From contig CAWDWO010000007.1 in assembly GCA_963806035.1 (NCBI GenBank), positions 32,001-96,000 on the forward strand: 64,000 nucleotides of DNA, given 5' to 3'. The translations under genes were made by a program, and so were the position numbers. This stretch comes from Candidatus Krumholzibacteriota bacterium. Lineage in GTDB: Bacteria; Krumholzibacteriota; Krumholzibacteriia; JAJRXK01. Below the pieces are notes generated by a model. That model ran no database searches. It was given only the letters and a program-made list of their open reading frames with translations, and was not told the origin of the DNA. Positions 18,046 to 27,486 of this stretch are shown piece after piece (within the stretch, counting starts at the first letter, position 1; the number at the start of each line of letters is the position of its first letter).

Positions 18046-19641
18046 TCAGTCCGCCCCTCCCAGGCGCAACGAGAAACCGAGTCCCGCGGACCATTCGAGA
18101 AGCTCGCTGCGGTCCCTCACGAGTCGCAGCCAAGCCCCGGCCCTGCATCTGCCATCCCGACGGGCCAGCGCACAGAGCAGTCCCGAGGCGCCGGGCTGAA
18201 GCCAAGTGCTGGCCAGACCCGCCGTCGCCACCCCGACCGCCCAGGGAGAGGAGCGGTCCCCCCGCGCCAGCGCCAATACCCCGCGCCAGAACCACGCTCT
18301 GCCCTTTTCCAGGCTCAGGGCCAGGAGAGTGGCCACCCCGGCATCGTCCCTTTGCTGGCGAAAGCGCAGTCCGCGTCGCAGTGCGCCGCCGCGTGCCCTC
18401 TCCTGCCAATCCAGTTTGAGGAGGAAGGCTGACGGCCCAGCTTGCTCTTCGTCGACCTGCAGGACGACGGCCAGGCGTGTCGTGGCCAAGGGCCCCGAGG
18501 CCCTCAACTGCCAGCGCTCATCGACGCGCACTGCACCCGGCTTGCCGCGACGGCGCCTCCGCGCCAGAGCCGCAAAAGTCCAGGCTCCTCCACTCAAACG
18601 ACCGCTGGTCTGAATCACGCGATGTTCACGGTCCGTGGACTGGCCGGTGATGGGATCCTGACCGGAGGCATCGCCGGGCCCGGCCTGCGTCAACGCCACC
18701 CCCCAGCGCGCCGGGCCTTCCCGAAACTGCAGGGCCGCGCACACTCGATCCGAAGCCGAGGAACCCGGAGAAAAATCACGCACCCATTCCAGACGGGCTC
18801 GTAAGTCCTCGCGCTGCAAGGCGAAAAACAGTCCCGCTTCATCCTGATCTCGAAGTGCCAGCCCCAGCTCCGTTCCCTTCGAGGGGGCGAAGCGATACCC
18901 CACGAAAGCGAGGAAGGGAGCGGCATGGGTGTCCTCTGCTGCGCCGCGGGCCAGAAGGAGATGCCAGCTCTCGAGTTCGAGTTCGATGCCCCCGCCGCGC
19001 CAACTCTCGCCATAGAAACTGAGCCGGGGACGCAGGCGAGTTGCTCCGTTCAGCGAGGGACCGGCGGTTCGCGAGCGAAGCGAGGGATTTTCCAGCAGGA
19101 GGGGCCAGGGAAGCTTGGGGCGAAAGTCACCCACGATCAGTCTGCCCCAGCTCGCACGGTAGCTGGCCGCCGCGCTGCTCACCGTGCCTGGTCCGGGTTC
19201 AGCTTGTGCGAGGATCCTCAATTCATCCCGCTGCACCAGCAATCGAGGACGATGCCGCGCCGCGGCGTCCGGCTTCCAGGCGCTGCGATCTTCGAACTGG
19301 AGTTGGGCCTGATGAACCCGCGGGTGCAAGGAAACGAAAGGAGTCAGGGCCGCGATCCTGGCTTCGTCCATGCCCGGAATGCTCAGCAGATCCTCTAAAG
19401 TGGAGAGACCACCGTGTTCTCGCAGCCCCACGATCGCGCCGGCCAAACCCGCGTCCAGCCAGGGCAACAGGGCCAACTCTTCTTCGGTGGCCGTATCGAG
19501 ATCCAAGGGTTCGTCGAGCCACTCCTTCAGTTGATCGATCATTTCGTCGCTTTCCGCAGCGTGGGCCGGATTCGCGCCTGGCAACAGAGCGAGTGAGAGA
19601 AACAGCCACAGGTGGATGCCCGCGCGCCTCATCCGCTTCAT
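18046..19641 (-). CDS. Exported helix-hairpin-helix (ComEA-like) protein with probable beta-rich outer-membrane C-terminal part
   Basis: Signal peptide, then 'PLDLDTATEEELALLPWL...LEDLLSIPGM...LTPFV' HhH motifs, then alternating beta-like segments. Confidence 0.8.
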   Translation of the reverse strand: MKRMRRAGIHLWLFLSLALLPGANPAHAAESDEMIDQLKEWLDEPLDLDTATEEELALLPWLDAGLAGAIVGLREHGGLSTLEDLLSIPGMDEARIAALTPFVSLHPRVHQAQLQFEDRSAWKPDAAARHRPRLLVQRDELRILAQAEPGPGTVSSAAASYRASWGRLIVGDFRPKLPWPLLLENPSLRSRTAGPSLNGATRLRPRLSFYGESWRGGGIELELESWHLLLARGAAEDTHAAPFLAFVGYRFAPSKGTELGLALRDQDEAGLFFALQREDLRARLEWVRDFSPGSSASDRVCAALQFREGPARWGVALTQAGPGDASGQDPITGQSTDREHRVIQTSGRLSGGAWTFAALARRRRRGKPGAVRVDERWQLRASGPLATTRLAVVLQVDEEQAGPSAFLLKLDWQERARGGALRRGLRFRQQRDDAGVATLLALSLEKGRAWFWRGVLALARGDRSSPWAVGVATAGLASTWLQPGASGLLCALARRDGRCRAGAWLRLVRDRSELLEWSAGLGFSLRLGGAD

Positions 19642-20396
19642 CGCGCTTCCCTCCCCTCTGGCCGGGCAAGTTCCAGCGCGAGATAGGGTCCCGCATCGAT
19701 ACTCGACACCAGAGGGAACGCGAGCGCGAGATTGAGTGAGGAAAATCGCAGTCCCAGATGCAGGCTGCCCCCCCTTGCGTCACCCCGGTACGCGAGCGAA
19801 AGCGGAGCGAGCAGCAGCTCGAGACCCGCGCTCCAAATGCCTCGCTCCTCGAAAGGGGAGTCCTCTCGCATGAGCGCCGCCGCCCAAGCGCTTCCTTCCA
19901 GCTCGAATACGTATGCGGCGCTCGAGGGAAGTCGAACACCTTCATGCTCCAGAGGAAATTCCTGCTCGATACCGAAAGCGAAGCCGCGCGCCGTGAGCAC
20001 TAGAGCCAGTTCACCCCGCGAACTCAGCTCGCTGGCGATCGTCTCCACCTCTCTCTTCTGGCGCTGCACTCGGGCGTGCACGCGGAACCCGGTCCCGGTG
20101 AATCGAAACCCCAGTCCCAGCTCCTGCTCGGAATAGGCTGCCGCGCGCAGCTGGCCGGCAAGAGTCCAGACGAGAACGGAGGAACTCAGGCCGAAGGCTC
20201 CCTCCAACCAGCTCTGACTGGAGGGCGCGAAGCTGACCGGGTTTCCCGCACCCAAGCGCAAACGGGCAGAGGGTGCGCGCATCCAGCAATCGCCGGGCAG
20301 AGCTTCCATGCGCCTCGGACCCGAAAAGGTTTCGGCGTGTGCGCTGAGCTGAAGGATGAAGAGGAGGGCGATGACGAGCAGCCCCGGCCACCTCAT
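19638..20396 (-). CDS. Hypothetical exported protein, probable small beta-barrel (PorQ/PorV-like?)
   Basis: Signal peptide MRWPGLLVIALLFILQLSAHA, amphipathic beta pattern ('YSEQELGLGF'), ATGA-coupled to both neighbours. Confidence 0.6.
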   Translation of the reverse strand: MRWPGLLVIALLFILQLSAHAETFSGPRRMEALPGDCWMRAPSARLRLGAGNPVSFAPSSQSWLEGAFGLSSSVLVWTLAGQLRAAAYSEQELGLGFRFTGTGFRVHARVQRQKREVETIASELSSRGELALVLTARGFAFGIEQEFPLEHEGVRLPSSAAYVFELEGSAWAAALMREDSPFEERGIWSAGLELLLAPLSLAYRGDARGGSLHLGLRFSSLNLALAFPLVSSIDAGPYLALELARPEGREAR

Positions 20397-22021
20397 GGTC
20401 GCCGTCCCAGTGCGACCAGCGCCGTCCAGCGACGCGGCGCCAACTCTCCGCCTTCGCTCTGTACCACCACCACATAGGCCCCCATGGGAACCCGTTGGCC
20501 GCGGCTGGAGCGTCCGTCCCAGATCCACTGCCGCAAATTGCCCCCCGAGGTATCGTTGCCCAGCTCGGCGACGGTCGTCCCCAGGAGATCCCTGATCTCG
20601 GCCTGGACTCTGAGCCCGCTCAGCTCGGCGTGCAGCAGCACGTGGAGGATGTCTCCTTCGCCGTCGCCATCGGGACTGAAGGGATTGGGAGAGAGCGCCA
20701 GGCCACTCTCTGGGCTGCTGAGGGCGGCGGCGGAATTCTCCTCTCCCGGACTGGGAGAGCCCGGAGAGAGAAACCAGGCACTGGGAGCCTCGGGACTGAC
20801 GAAACCACGTTCCATGCTCCTGCCGGCTTCGCCCACCAAATCGTCGCCGTAGCGAAGTTCGTCCACGACGGTTCCGCTGTCGTCACGCAAGAGAATCCGG
20901 TCCGCGAACTCGCTTCCGCCACTGGAGCTGTTGTTGAGCGAGGGCCATCCACCATCGGGGAGAACGACGGGTAGCTGCGATGAGAGCGCAAAGACGGATC
21001 GAAGTGCCTGCGGATCGGAGGAGAGGAGCGCGAAGCCCTCAGCGGAAAAGCCGAGTCCATCGAGTCCTCGCCAGTCCTCGGTGGCATCGGTGATCGCCCA
21101 GCCGTCGAGCACCTGTGGTGCGTCCGGTTCCCCCTTCAACTCGATCCACTCGGGGTGATCCGCGAGCGGCTTGGCCATGACCTCGTTCAAGAGAACCGGC
21201 CCGGGTCCCACTTGATATCCCAAGCTGGCGACCGCGGTGCTGTCGCTTCCCCAAGAGAGCTGGAAACGATGGCGGCCGCGGCTCAGCCACGCTTCCACCC
21301 GGCTTTGCAGTGTGTCACCGGGAGCGGCCTGAAGGACCTGTTGTTCCAGAGGAGTCGCGTCCAGGCTCCAACGCAGCGAGAATTCCTGCTGGGGAGCGAA
21401 ACCATCGACTTGGGCGGAGAACTCGAGTGCGACCTCTCCGGGCATTGCCAGGAAGGACGGCGAGGCACTCAGCCGCAGAAGATGCAGACTCTCGGCCCGC
21501 GCATTGGGACGGCCCGGAGTGGGAGGACTCAGGGCGGAGAAGTCCGCTCGATTGTCGTCGCTGTCGGCGCCGTCGGGGATGCGACCCAAACTCTCACCTG
21601 AGACATCCGGCGCCGCTTCGCCCTCTCCCAGCCCTTCGATTTCGCCCCAAGCCACTCGGTCGAGGATCGTCTCGTCGCGAGCCAACCACAGAGCATCCGG
21701 ACCGTTCTGCAGATTCAGTGCTGCCTCGTCGTCCCTTCCTGCGACCTCGGCCCCACCCACGAGATAGAACTCACCCGGTGCCAGACTGAGTCCCGCCTTC
21801 GCCGTCCACACCACACTTGGCTGTTCGGGCGCCGCACCATTGACGAAGAGCAAACGGACGCCATCCAGAGAAATCGCGGTGTCGCCGTCGGCGTAGAGTT
21901 CCACGAACTCCCGGCCCCCGTCACTCCCCTTTGGATCGTAGAGAATCTCGTTGAGAACGAGTTGAGCGTGCGCGCGGGCGGGAAGCGTGAGACAGAGCAG
22001 AAGACCGAGGATGCGAAGCAT
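20393..22021 (-). CDS. Lamin-tail-domain protein with T9SS/FlgD-type C-terminal domain
   Basis: Two LTD motifs ('LNEILYDP...EFVELY', 'LNEVMAKP...EWIEL'). C-terminal 'PNPFSPDGDG...WDGRS...GAYVV'. GGAGG SD before ATG 22021. Confidence 0.85.
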   Translation of the reverse strand: MLRILGLLLCLTLPARAHAQLVLNEILYDPKGSDGGREFVELYADGDTAISLDGVRLLFVNGAAPEQPSVVWTAKAGLSLAPGEFYLVGGAEVAGRDDEAALNLQNGPDALWLARDETILDRVAWGEIEGLGEGEAAPDVSGESLGRIPDGADSDDNRADFSALSPPTPGRPNARAESLHLLRLSASPSFLAMPGEVALEFSAQVDGFAPQQEFSLRWSLDATPLEQQVLQAAPGDTLQSRVEAWLSRGRHRFQLSWGSDSTAVASLGYQVGPGPVLLNEVMAKPLADHPEWIELKGEPDAPQVLDGWAITDATEDWRGLDGLGFSAEGFALLSSDPQALRSVFALSSQLPVVLPDGGWPSLNNSSSGGSEFADRILLRDDSGTVVDELRYGDDLVGEAGRSMERGFVSPEAPSAWFLSPGSPSPGEENSAAALSSPESGLALSPNPFSPDGDGEGDILHVLLHAELSGLRVQAEIRDLLGTTVAELGNDTSGGNLRQWIWDGRSSRGQRVPMGAYVVVVQSEGGELAPRRWTALVALGRRP

Positions 22022-22106
22022 GTGACGCACCTCCCGGGAGACTCGAGCGAAGGAGGCGCGAAATTTCTCAGTGCAAAAGCGAGAAAGAAGCCGGCGGCGA
22101 AAGAGC

Positions 22107-24341
22107 TCAGACGAGCCCCCAGCGCCGTCGGAGCATCCACTCCAGACTGAGCAACAGTAGAAGAGGAGCGAAGAGCTTGAAGCTCGCCCACAGAGGCGTG
22201 CGAGATCGAGTCACTTTGAGCTTGGACTTCAAAGGCAAATTGCGCGCCCACTCGCTCAGCTCAGCCCTCGTGACCACGCTTCCACCGGTGGAGCGTGCAA
22301 TGGACGCGAGCTGCGCGAAGTCTACGCCGGGATGCTGATACTCCACCGAGTAGGGATCCACGGCGAGCGAACTCCAGGGAGAAAAAATACGGCCCGAACT
22401 CTCCTCCAAGGCGAGTCGAAACTGGTAGTGGCCCGCGGGCAGAGGGGGAATCGCGAGCTGTCTGCCTCCGGGCGGTCCATTTTGTGCCCGCTGCATGAGG
22501 GCGCGACCCAATACCGTGGTGTTCGAATCCGCGCCAGCAGAGGGTTCCTTTCTCCACTCGATCCACAGATCACTGCTCTCGTCCGGCTGACGACGAGCAT
22601 CCAAGACCACCGCCCGCAAGAGTGCGTCCTCGCCACGCGCGACCACGGGTCGCGGAAGGATGAGTTGCAGACGCTTTCGGCTGGCGCCCTCGGCCAGGTA
22701 GTAGATGAGATTGCCCACCAGGGCCCGGTAAACGTCCTCCCCCTCTCGCTCGCCCAGCCGCCAGAAAGACCAGCTCCACATGGGAGCCGCCGACCAGCAT
22801 GCCACCGTTCCCTTGGCGCTGCTCTTCAAGCTGAGCAACGGAGTCGTGCCTTCAGAGTCTTCCGCCTGCAGGAGAACGTCGGCGTCAGGCTTGGCAACGA
22901 TGCCGTGAACTGCATCCCACAGGGGAGGCATTTGCTCCAGTCGCTCCAGCGGATCCCCCACCGAAGCGGGAAAGGCGAAGATCGGGCTCGAGATTCCCGC
23001 GGGAAGAAGTCGTACGCGATGCCGCGCGCGCTTCCATCGAGAGGCCGAGCTGAGCTGAACCGGCAAGAGTTCGCTGGCCTCGCGAGACAGCGAGCTGGGC
23101 GGCTGCCCGCGAGCCTCACCGAAGAGCACCCAGAGTCCGGCCCCTTCCCGCACCGAGGCGATCATGCCCGGAGCCCGCTCGCTCAGTTGCGCAAAATCTT
23201 CCAGAGAGAGGATGACCCAGGCGTCGACTCCGGCCGCCGCCGTGGCATCCACGGGCGGGGTCCATGTACTGTCGCTTCCGGCTTTCTGCCATCGATCCAC
23301 CGCACGGTAGACGCCTTCGACATCGAAGCGTGGATCCTCGGCGAGACGACGCCGCAGAAAATGAAAATCCCAACCGGGTCGCGACTGGACGATCATGATG
23401 TGCAGACGGTCCTTGAGAACTTCCGCGCCAATCTCGATCGCGTTGTTGTCCTGGAGCGCTTCGGAAGGAAGTGGGGTCAATCGCAGCACGCGGCGCAGCA
23501 TACCCAGGCTGTCAGCCCGTACCACGAAACTCAAAGGGATGCGCCCGCCTCCTCTCGGCCAAGAAAAACTGAGCGTGTCCGGGCTGGCACCACCCTGCAA
23601 GATGGCGCGCGCATGTCCCGCGTTGGCGGATTCCACCACCGCCTCGGCCGTTATTTCGATCTGATCGCCGCGGTAAGCCACCGTGGGATAGTGGACGCGA
23701 TCGAGACGTAGATCGCCTGGACCATTGCTGTCACCCACGGCGAGCGTGAACACGGGCAGACTGAGGCCGCGCAGTGAGGGCAACTCCGGATCCGTGCTCC
23801 TGCCGTCACTCAAGAGCAGAATCGCCTGCAGATTGTCCTCCAGGTGGGATTGCGCGGCCGACAAGAGGAGCGCGGGCAGATTGGTCCCCTCCTGCGAGCC
23901 TGCCTGCAGCTCGCGATGCAAACGGCGCGATCCTTCCGCGCTGAAAAGCTGTGGCTTTTCCGGCCGCCCGGACAGTTGCCTCTGGGCAAGCTCGGCCAGA
24001 TCGCGCGCGTCCTGCAGGCGTGTCGAACCGTCGTGGGATTTCAAAGTCATGCTGCCGCTGTCATCCACCAGCGTGAGCACGCTGGGCGAAAGCCGCTTGC
24101 TGTGACGCGAGAAGAGAACCGGCTCGAGAATCAAGAACAGCAGGAGCAGGAGTGCGCTGGCACGCAGAAGGCGCAGGATCCAGCGGCGGCTCGTGTTGAG
24201 CGAGGGCTGGGTGCGATGGTACGCGAGATACGATACGGCGAGTCCGACGATCAAAAGCAGGATGACCAGTGACCAGTCGAGGGCGCCCTTGGGCCAGACG
24301 CTCAGTTTTGCCAAGGGGAGAGAAAGGGATGAGAGGGTCAC
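22107..24341 (-). CDS. Membrane-anchored VWA/glutamine-amidotransferase-like domain protein
   Basis: N-terminal TMs, 'VDDSGSM', 'LLSDG', 'PGWDFHFLRR', 'WSW', C-terminal 'LEWMLRRRWGL'. Confidence 0.8.
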   Translation of the reverse strand: MTLSSLSLPLAKLSVWPKGALDWSLVILLLIVGLAVSYLAYHRTQPSLNTSRRWILRLLRASALLLLLFLILEPVLFSRHSKRLSPSVLTLVDDSGSMTLKSHDGSTRLQDARDLAELAQRQLSGRPEKPQLFSAEGSRRLHRELQAGSQEGTNLPALLLSAAQSHLEDNLQAILLLSDGRSTDPELPSLRGLSLPVFTLAVGDSNGPGDLRLDRVHYPTVAYRGDQIEITAEAVVESANAGHARAILQGGASPDTLSFSWPRGGGRIPLSFVVRADSLGMLRRVLRLTPLPSEALQDNNAIEIGAEVLKDRLHIMIVQSRPGWDFHFLRRRLAEDPRFDVEGVYRAVDRWQKAGSDSTWTPPVDATAAAGVDAWVILSLEDFAQLSERAPGMIASVREGAGLWVLFGEARGQPPSSLSREASELLPVQLSSASRWKRARHRVRLLPAGISSPIFAFPASVGDPLERLEQMPPLWDAVHGIVAKPDADVLLQAEDSEGTTPLLSLKSSAKGTVACWSAAPMWSWSFWRLGEREGEDVYRALVGNLIYYLAEGASRKRLQLILPRPVVARGEDALLRAVVLDARRQPDESSDLWIEWRKEPSAGADSNTTVLGRALMQRAQNGPPGGRQLAIPPLPAGHYQFRLALEESSGRIFSPWSSLAVDPYSVEYQHPGVDFAQLASIARSTGGSVVTRAELSEWARNLPLKSKLKVTRSRTPLWASFKLFAPLLLLLSLEWMLRRRWGLV

Positions 24342-24490
24342 CGCGATTCCACTGCTCCGGGAAGGCTCTTGAAAGAGTCGGGGTGCGGGGCCGACCCGAG
24401 GTCCACGCGTTCCTTCGCGGCGAGGACGAAGTTAGGCGTGGAGGACTTGCTGAATACTCTACATACGATGGGACCCGATTCGCCACCCGG

Positions 24491-24522
24491 AAACAAAAGC
24501 GCCGGCGGAGTCCGCCGGCGCT
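24491..24522 (-). terminator. Intrinsic terminator closing the giant-protein operon
   Basis: Inverted repeat AGCGCCGGCGGA-N-TCCGCCGGCGCT followed by TTTGTTT on the minus strand. Confidence 0.8.
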
Positions 24523-24547
24523 CAGGAGTTCAGGAAAGCGGATTTTC

Positions 24548-24907
24548 TCAGGTCGTCGCCGATGCGCTCACGGCCTCTTCGACCGTGGCGAAGGCCTCGA
24601 GGATGTTCTGGAATTCCAACAGTTCGAACACTTCGTAGACGTCGGGAACCATGCCAACCAAGCGTAAGTCGCCGCCGTTTTCGCGGATCTCGCGAATGAC
24701 GCTGATGAAGATGCCCCAGCCGGCCGAGGAGATGTAGGAGACCCGTGAGAGGTCCACGATGATCTTGTAACGCTTCGACTGAATCAGGGACTTGATCTCC
24801 CTCTCGAATTCCGCCGAGGTGGTCGTGTCGATGTAGCCTGCCACTTCCAGGACCTGCTGATCCGGGCAGGATTCGTGCGCCTTCGAAATGACCATGATCC
24901 CATCCAT
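24548..24907 (-). CDS. STAS anti-anti-sigma factor (RsbV/SpoIIAA-like)
   Basis: G.IDTTT, 'DLSRVSYISSAGWG' phospho-Ser motif, 'VFELLEF'. Confidence 0.93.
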   Translation of the reverse strand: MDGIMVISKAHESCPDQQVLEVAGYIDTTTSAEFEREIKSLIQSKRYKIIVDLSRVSYISSAGWGIFISVIREIRENGGDLRLVGMVPDVYEVFELLEFQNILEAFATVEEAVSASATT

Positions 24908-24963
24908 CGAAAGCCCATCTCTTTCTATGCTTGAGCTACCTTAGCTAAGCTATTGCAGCAGAA

Positions 24964-27486
24964 TTAGTTAGGTATTTTTCCCGTTCCGGTGTCCACGGGC
25001 TCCATTCCCGGCTCCTGCGACACTGGCGGCTGCTCTTCATCCGTGTGCAAGCTTTGGTCCAAGCCATCGCCGTGATCGGTCTGATTCTCCAAAGGGGCCC
25101 CCTTCTGGGGATTCAGCCCGCGGCGCCGCAGATAGAGGCGCCGTTTGGACTCGTTGCTGAGGTCCAGGCGCACCAGCTCGTCGTAGACGATCTTGGCATT
25201 GGCCTCGTGACCCAGCTCGCAGAGGTGATCGGCCAGGCGTTTGGCACCCAGGCCTGGATCCTTTCGCACCAGCTCCAGAATCGCCTCGCGCCCTTCGACG
25301 GTGAGGCGCCGCATTCCGGACTGCGAGGCCCGGCCCGCGAGGGCCTCCTCTCCCCCGCGTTCTCTCATCCGTCGCCAGCGGTAGAAGGTGGAAACGGAGG
25401 TGCCGTAGCTCTGGCAGGCCTCCTCGATGCTCATCCCCTCGAGTTCCACCATGTCCAGCAAGCGCTGCCGGCGCTCGATCTCCAGCGAGGCCGGCCGCAA
25501 CTTCTCCTTCACCGCCACCACCGTGATGTCGTCGTTTTGCGCGTTGCCTCCGGTGAAGGCCGCGATGTCCTCGTTGAACGCGGCGATGAATTCCTCCGCC
25601 GTCCGTCCCGCATTCTTGCGCACACACTCGATGAGGCGCTGCTCGCCGTACTGCTCACGTGCCGCATTCATCGCTTCGGTCACGCCATCGGTGTAGATGA
25701 GAAGCAGATCGTCCTGTTGCAGCTGGACCTTCTCCACTTCGATCGTCTTGGAGAACAGCTCCGGATCAGGCAGCGAAATCCCCACCGGGAACCCGGCTGG
25801 ATTCAAGAAGAAGACCTCATCGGTTTCGATGCGATACAAGAGCATCGGATTGTGACCGGCCGAGGAGTAGCTGATCACGCGATTGCGCGAATCGAGGATG
25901 ATGTAGAACAGGGTGATGAACATCCCGCGGCGCATGTCCTCGGTAATGAAAGTGTTGACGCGGCTCATCACGTCGCTGGCCGAGTGATTTCCCCTCGCCT
26001 CCATGCGCATGGCGGTGCGGATCATCGTCATCACCAGACTGCCCGGGATTCCCTTGCCCGAGACGTCCGCGACCACGATTCCCACCGTGTCCTCGTCCAC
26101 CGCGAAGAAGTCGTAATAGTCGCCGCCGACCTCCGCTGCCGCGCGGTACATCGCTGCGATCTCGTAACCGGAGAGATCCGGCATCGCGGTCGGCAACAGG
26201 GTGTGTTGAATCTCCCGCGCGAGCTGCATTTCCTTCTGGAGTCGTTCCTGCTCGACCAAATGCGATTGTGCGTGACGGAACTTGGATGCAATTTCGTTGA
26301 ACGCGGCCGCGATCGTGGAAATCTCCTCGGGACCGTGCACCTCGATGTCCTCCTCGAGCACGCCGTCCCCGATGGCCAGCACGCCCTCGGTGAGCTGCTG
26401 GATGGGGCGTACGAAGAGATTTACCATCACGAGTATGAGCAGAATTCCCACCACCAGGATGATCAGCCCGATTCCCATGGCGTGCAAAAGCGCCGCGCGA
26501 TAGTGCTGCTCCAGGTCCGAGGTCTTCAGTCCCAGCACCACTCGACCCAATTCGACCCTCTTCCCGGATGGCCCTTCGATGTCCACCGGATAATTCAGCT
26601 GCAACACTCGTCCCGAGTCGAATTGGATGCGCGTCCATTCTCCCGCGTTCTTTCCATGATCGATGAGCCGGCCTGGCTCGGGATGCCAAGAATTGAAGAG
26701 ATTGTCCAGGACGCTGTCGGCCCAAATGCTGCCGTCTTTCCCGTGCACTACTCGAGCGAAGGCGATGGTGGAATCGTGACGCGCAAGTTCGCTGACGCCC
26801 TGTTGCAGAAGCGTCCGTTCCACCGAATAGGGATCGCTGCTCGCGAGCACGCTCCTGGACTGCACCGCCAGATCACGCGCGAGCGCCTCAATCCGACTGA
26901 GGTCTTGATCGAAGATGGCCTGCCGCTGTCGAAAGTGCACGACCGAGAGGGCGAGGATCACCAGGAGTGCCAGCCCGAAGGAGGCGCGCAGGGTGAAGCG
27001 CATTCTCAAACTGCGGTGCAGAGCGGAGAACTGAATACCTGGAATCCAGCGATCGATGGACGGACGCCGATCCATGCACATCCGGAGTTCGTTGCTTCCG
27101 TCGACGGTCGTGTAGTCCACCTCGTCCATGATCCGATTGATGAGGTAGATTCCGAGCCCGCCGCGCTTCCCGATCGCCACGTAGTGGTCCAGGTCCGGGA
27201 CTGCAACCGAGCCAAAGTCGAAGGACTCACCGGTATCCTTCAGGATGATCTCCACCTGACCGGCGAAGTACCTTACCCGGATGGTGATCTCGCCACCCTG
27301 ATTGTGATAGGAATGCTGGATGATGTTCGTACAGGCTTCGTCCACCGCGAGCTTGAAATTGGCGGTGTCCGCCGGATCGAATCCGGCCTGCATGCAGATG
27401 CGTGCCACGAAATCGCGTACCTGAGCCAGGTGGCTCTCGCGGGCCTCGATGACGAGCTCCGCCCTCTTGATCCGGCCGCCGATCAC
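24964..27486 (-). CDS. Fusion: RsbW-type HATPase kinase, 2 TM with periplasmic domain, HAMP, SpoIIE/PP2C phosphatase, C-terminal HTH
   Basis: 'LAVDEACTNIIQHSY', 'DTGESF', 'GGLGIYL'; two TM helices; 'VGGDYYD', 'ADVSGKG', 'AGHNP', 'YTDGVTEA', 'DDIT'; 'SIEEACQSYGTSVSTFYRW'. GTG start overlaps the upstream TGA. Confidence 0.9.
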   Translation of the reverse strand: MIGGRIKRAELVIEARESHLAQVRDFVARICMQAGFDPADTANFKLAVDEACTNIIQHSYHNQGGEITIRVRYFAGQVEIILKDTGESFDFGSVAVPDLDHYVAIGKRGGLGIYLINRIMDEVDYTTVDGSNELRMCMDRRPSIDRWIPGIQFSALHRSLRMRFTLRASFGLALLVILALSVVHFRQRQAIFDQDLSRIEALARDLAVQSRSVLASSDPYSVERTLLQQGVSELARHDSTIAFARVVHGKDGSIWADSVLDNLFNSWHPEPGRLIDHGKNAGEWTRIQFDSGRVLQLNYPVDIEGPSGKRVELGRVVLGLKTSDLEQHYRAALLHAMGIGLIILVVGILLILVMVNLFVRPIQQLTEGVLAIGDGVLEEDIEVHGPEEISTIAAAFNEIASKFRHAQSHLVEQERLQKEMQLAREIQHTLLPTAMPDLSGYEIAAMYRAAAEVGGDYYDFFAVDEDTVGIVVADVSGKGIPGSLVMTMIRTAMRMEARGNHSASDVMSRVNTFITEDMRRGMFITLFYIILDSRNRVISYSSAGHNPMLLYRIETDEVFFLNPAGFPVGISLPDPELFSKTIEVEKVQLQQDDLLLIYTDGVTEAMNAAREQYGEQRLIECVRKNAGRTAEEFIAAFNEDIAAFTGGNAQNDDITVVAVKEKLRPASLEIERRQRLLDMVELEGMSIEEACQSYGTSVSTFYRWRRMRERGGEEALAGRASQSGMRRLTVEGREAILELVRKDPGLGAKRLADHLCELGHEANAKIVYDELVRLDLSNESKRRLYLRRRGLNPQKGAPLENQTDHGDGLDQSLHTDEEQPPVSQEPGMEPVDTGTGKIPN

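Noticed and set aside
25130..25480. Insertion sequence suggested by the transposase-like HTH
   Set aside because: No DDE domain, inverted repeats or target duplication; fused in frame to the phosphatase.
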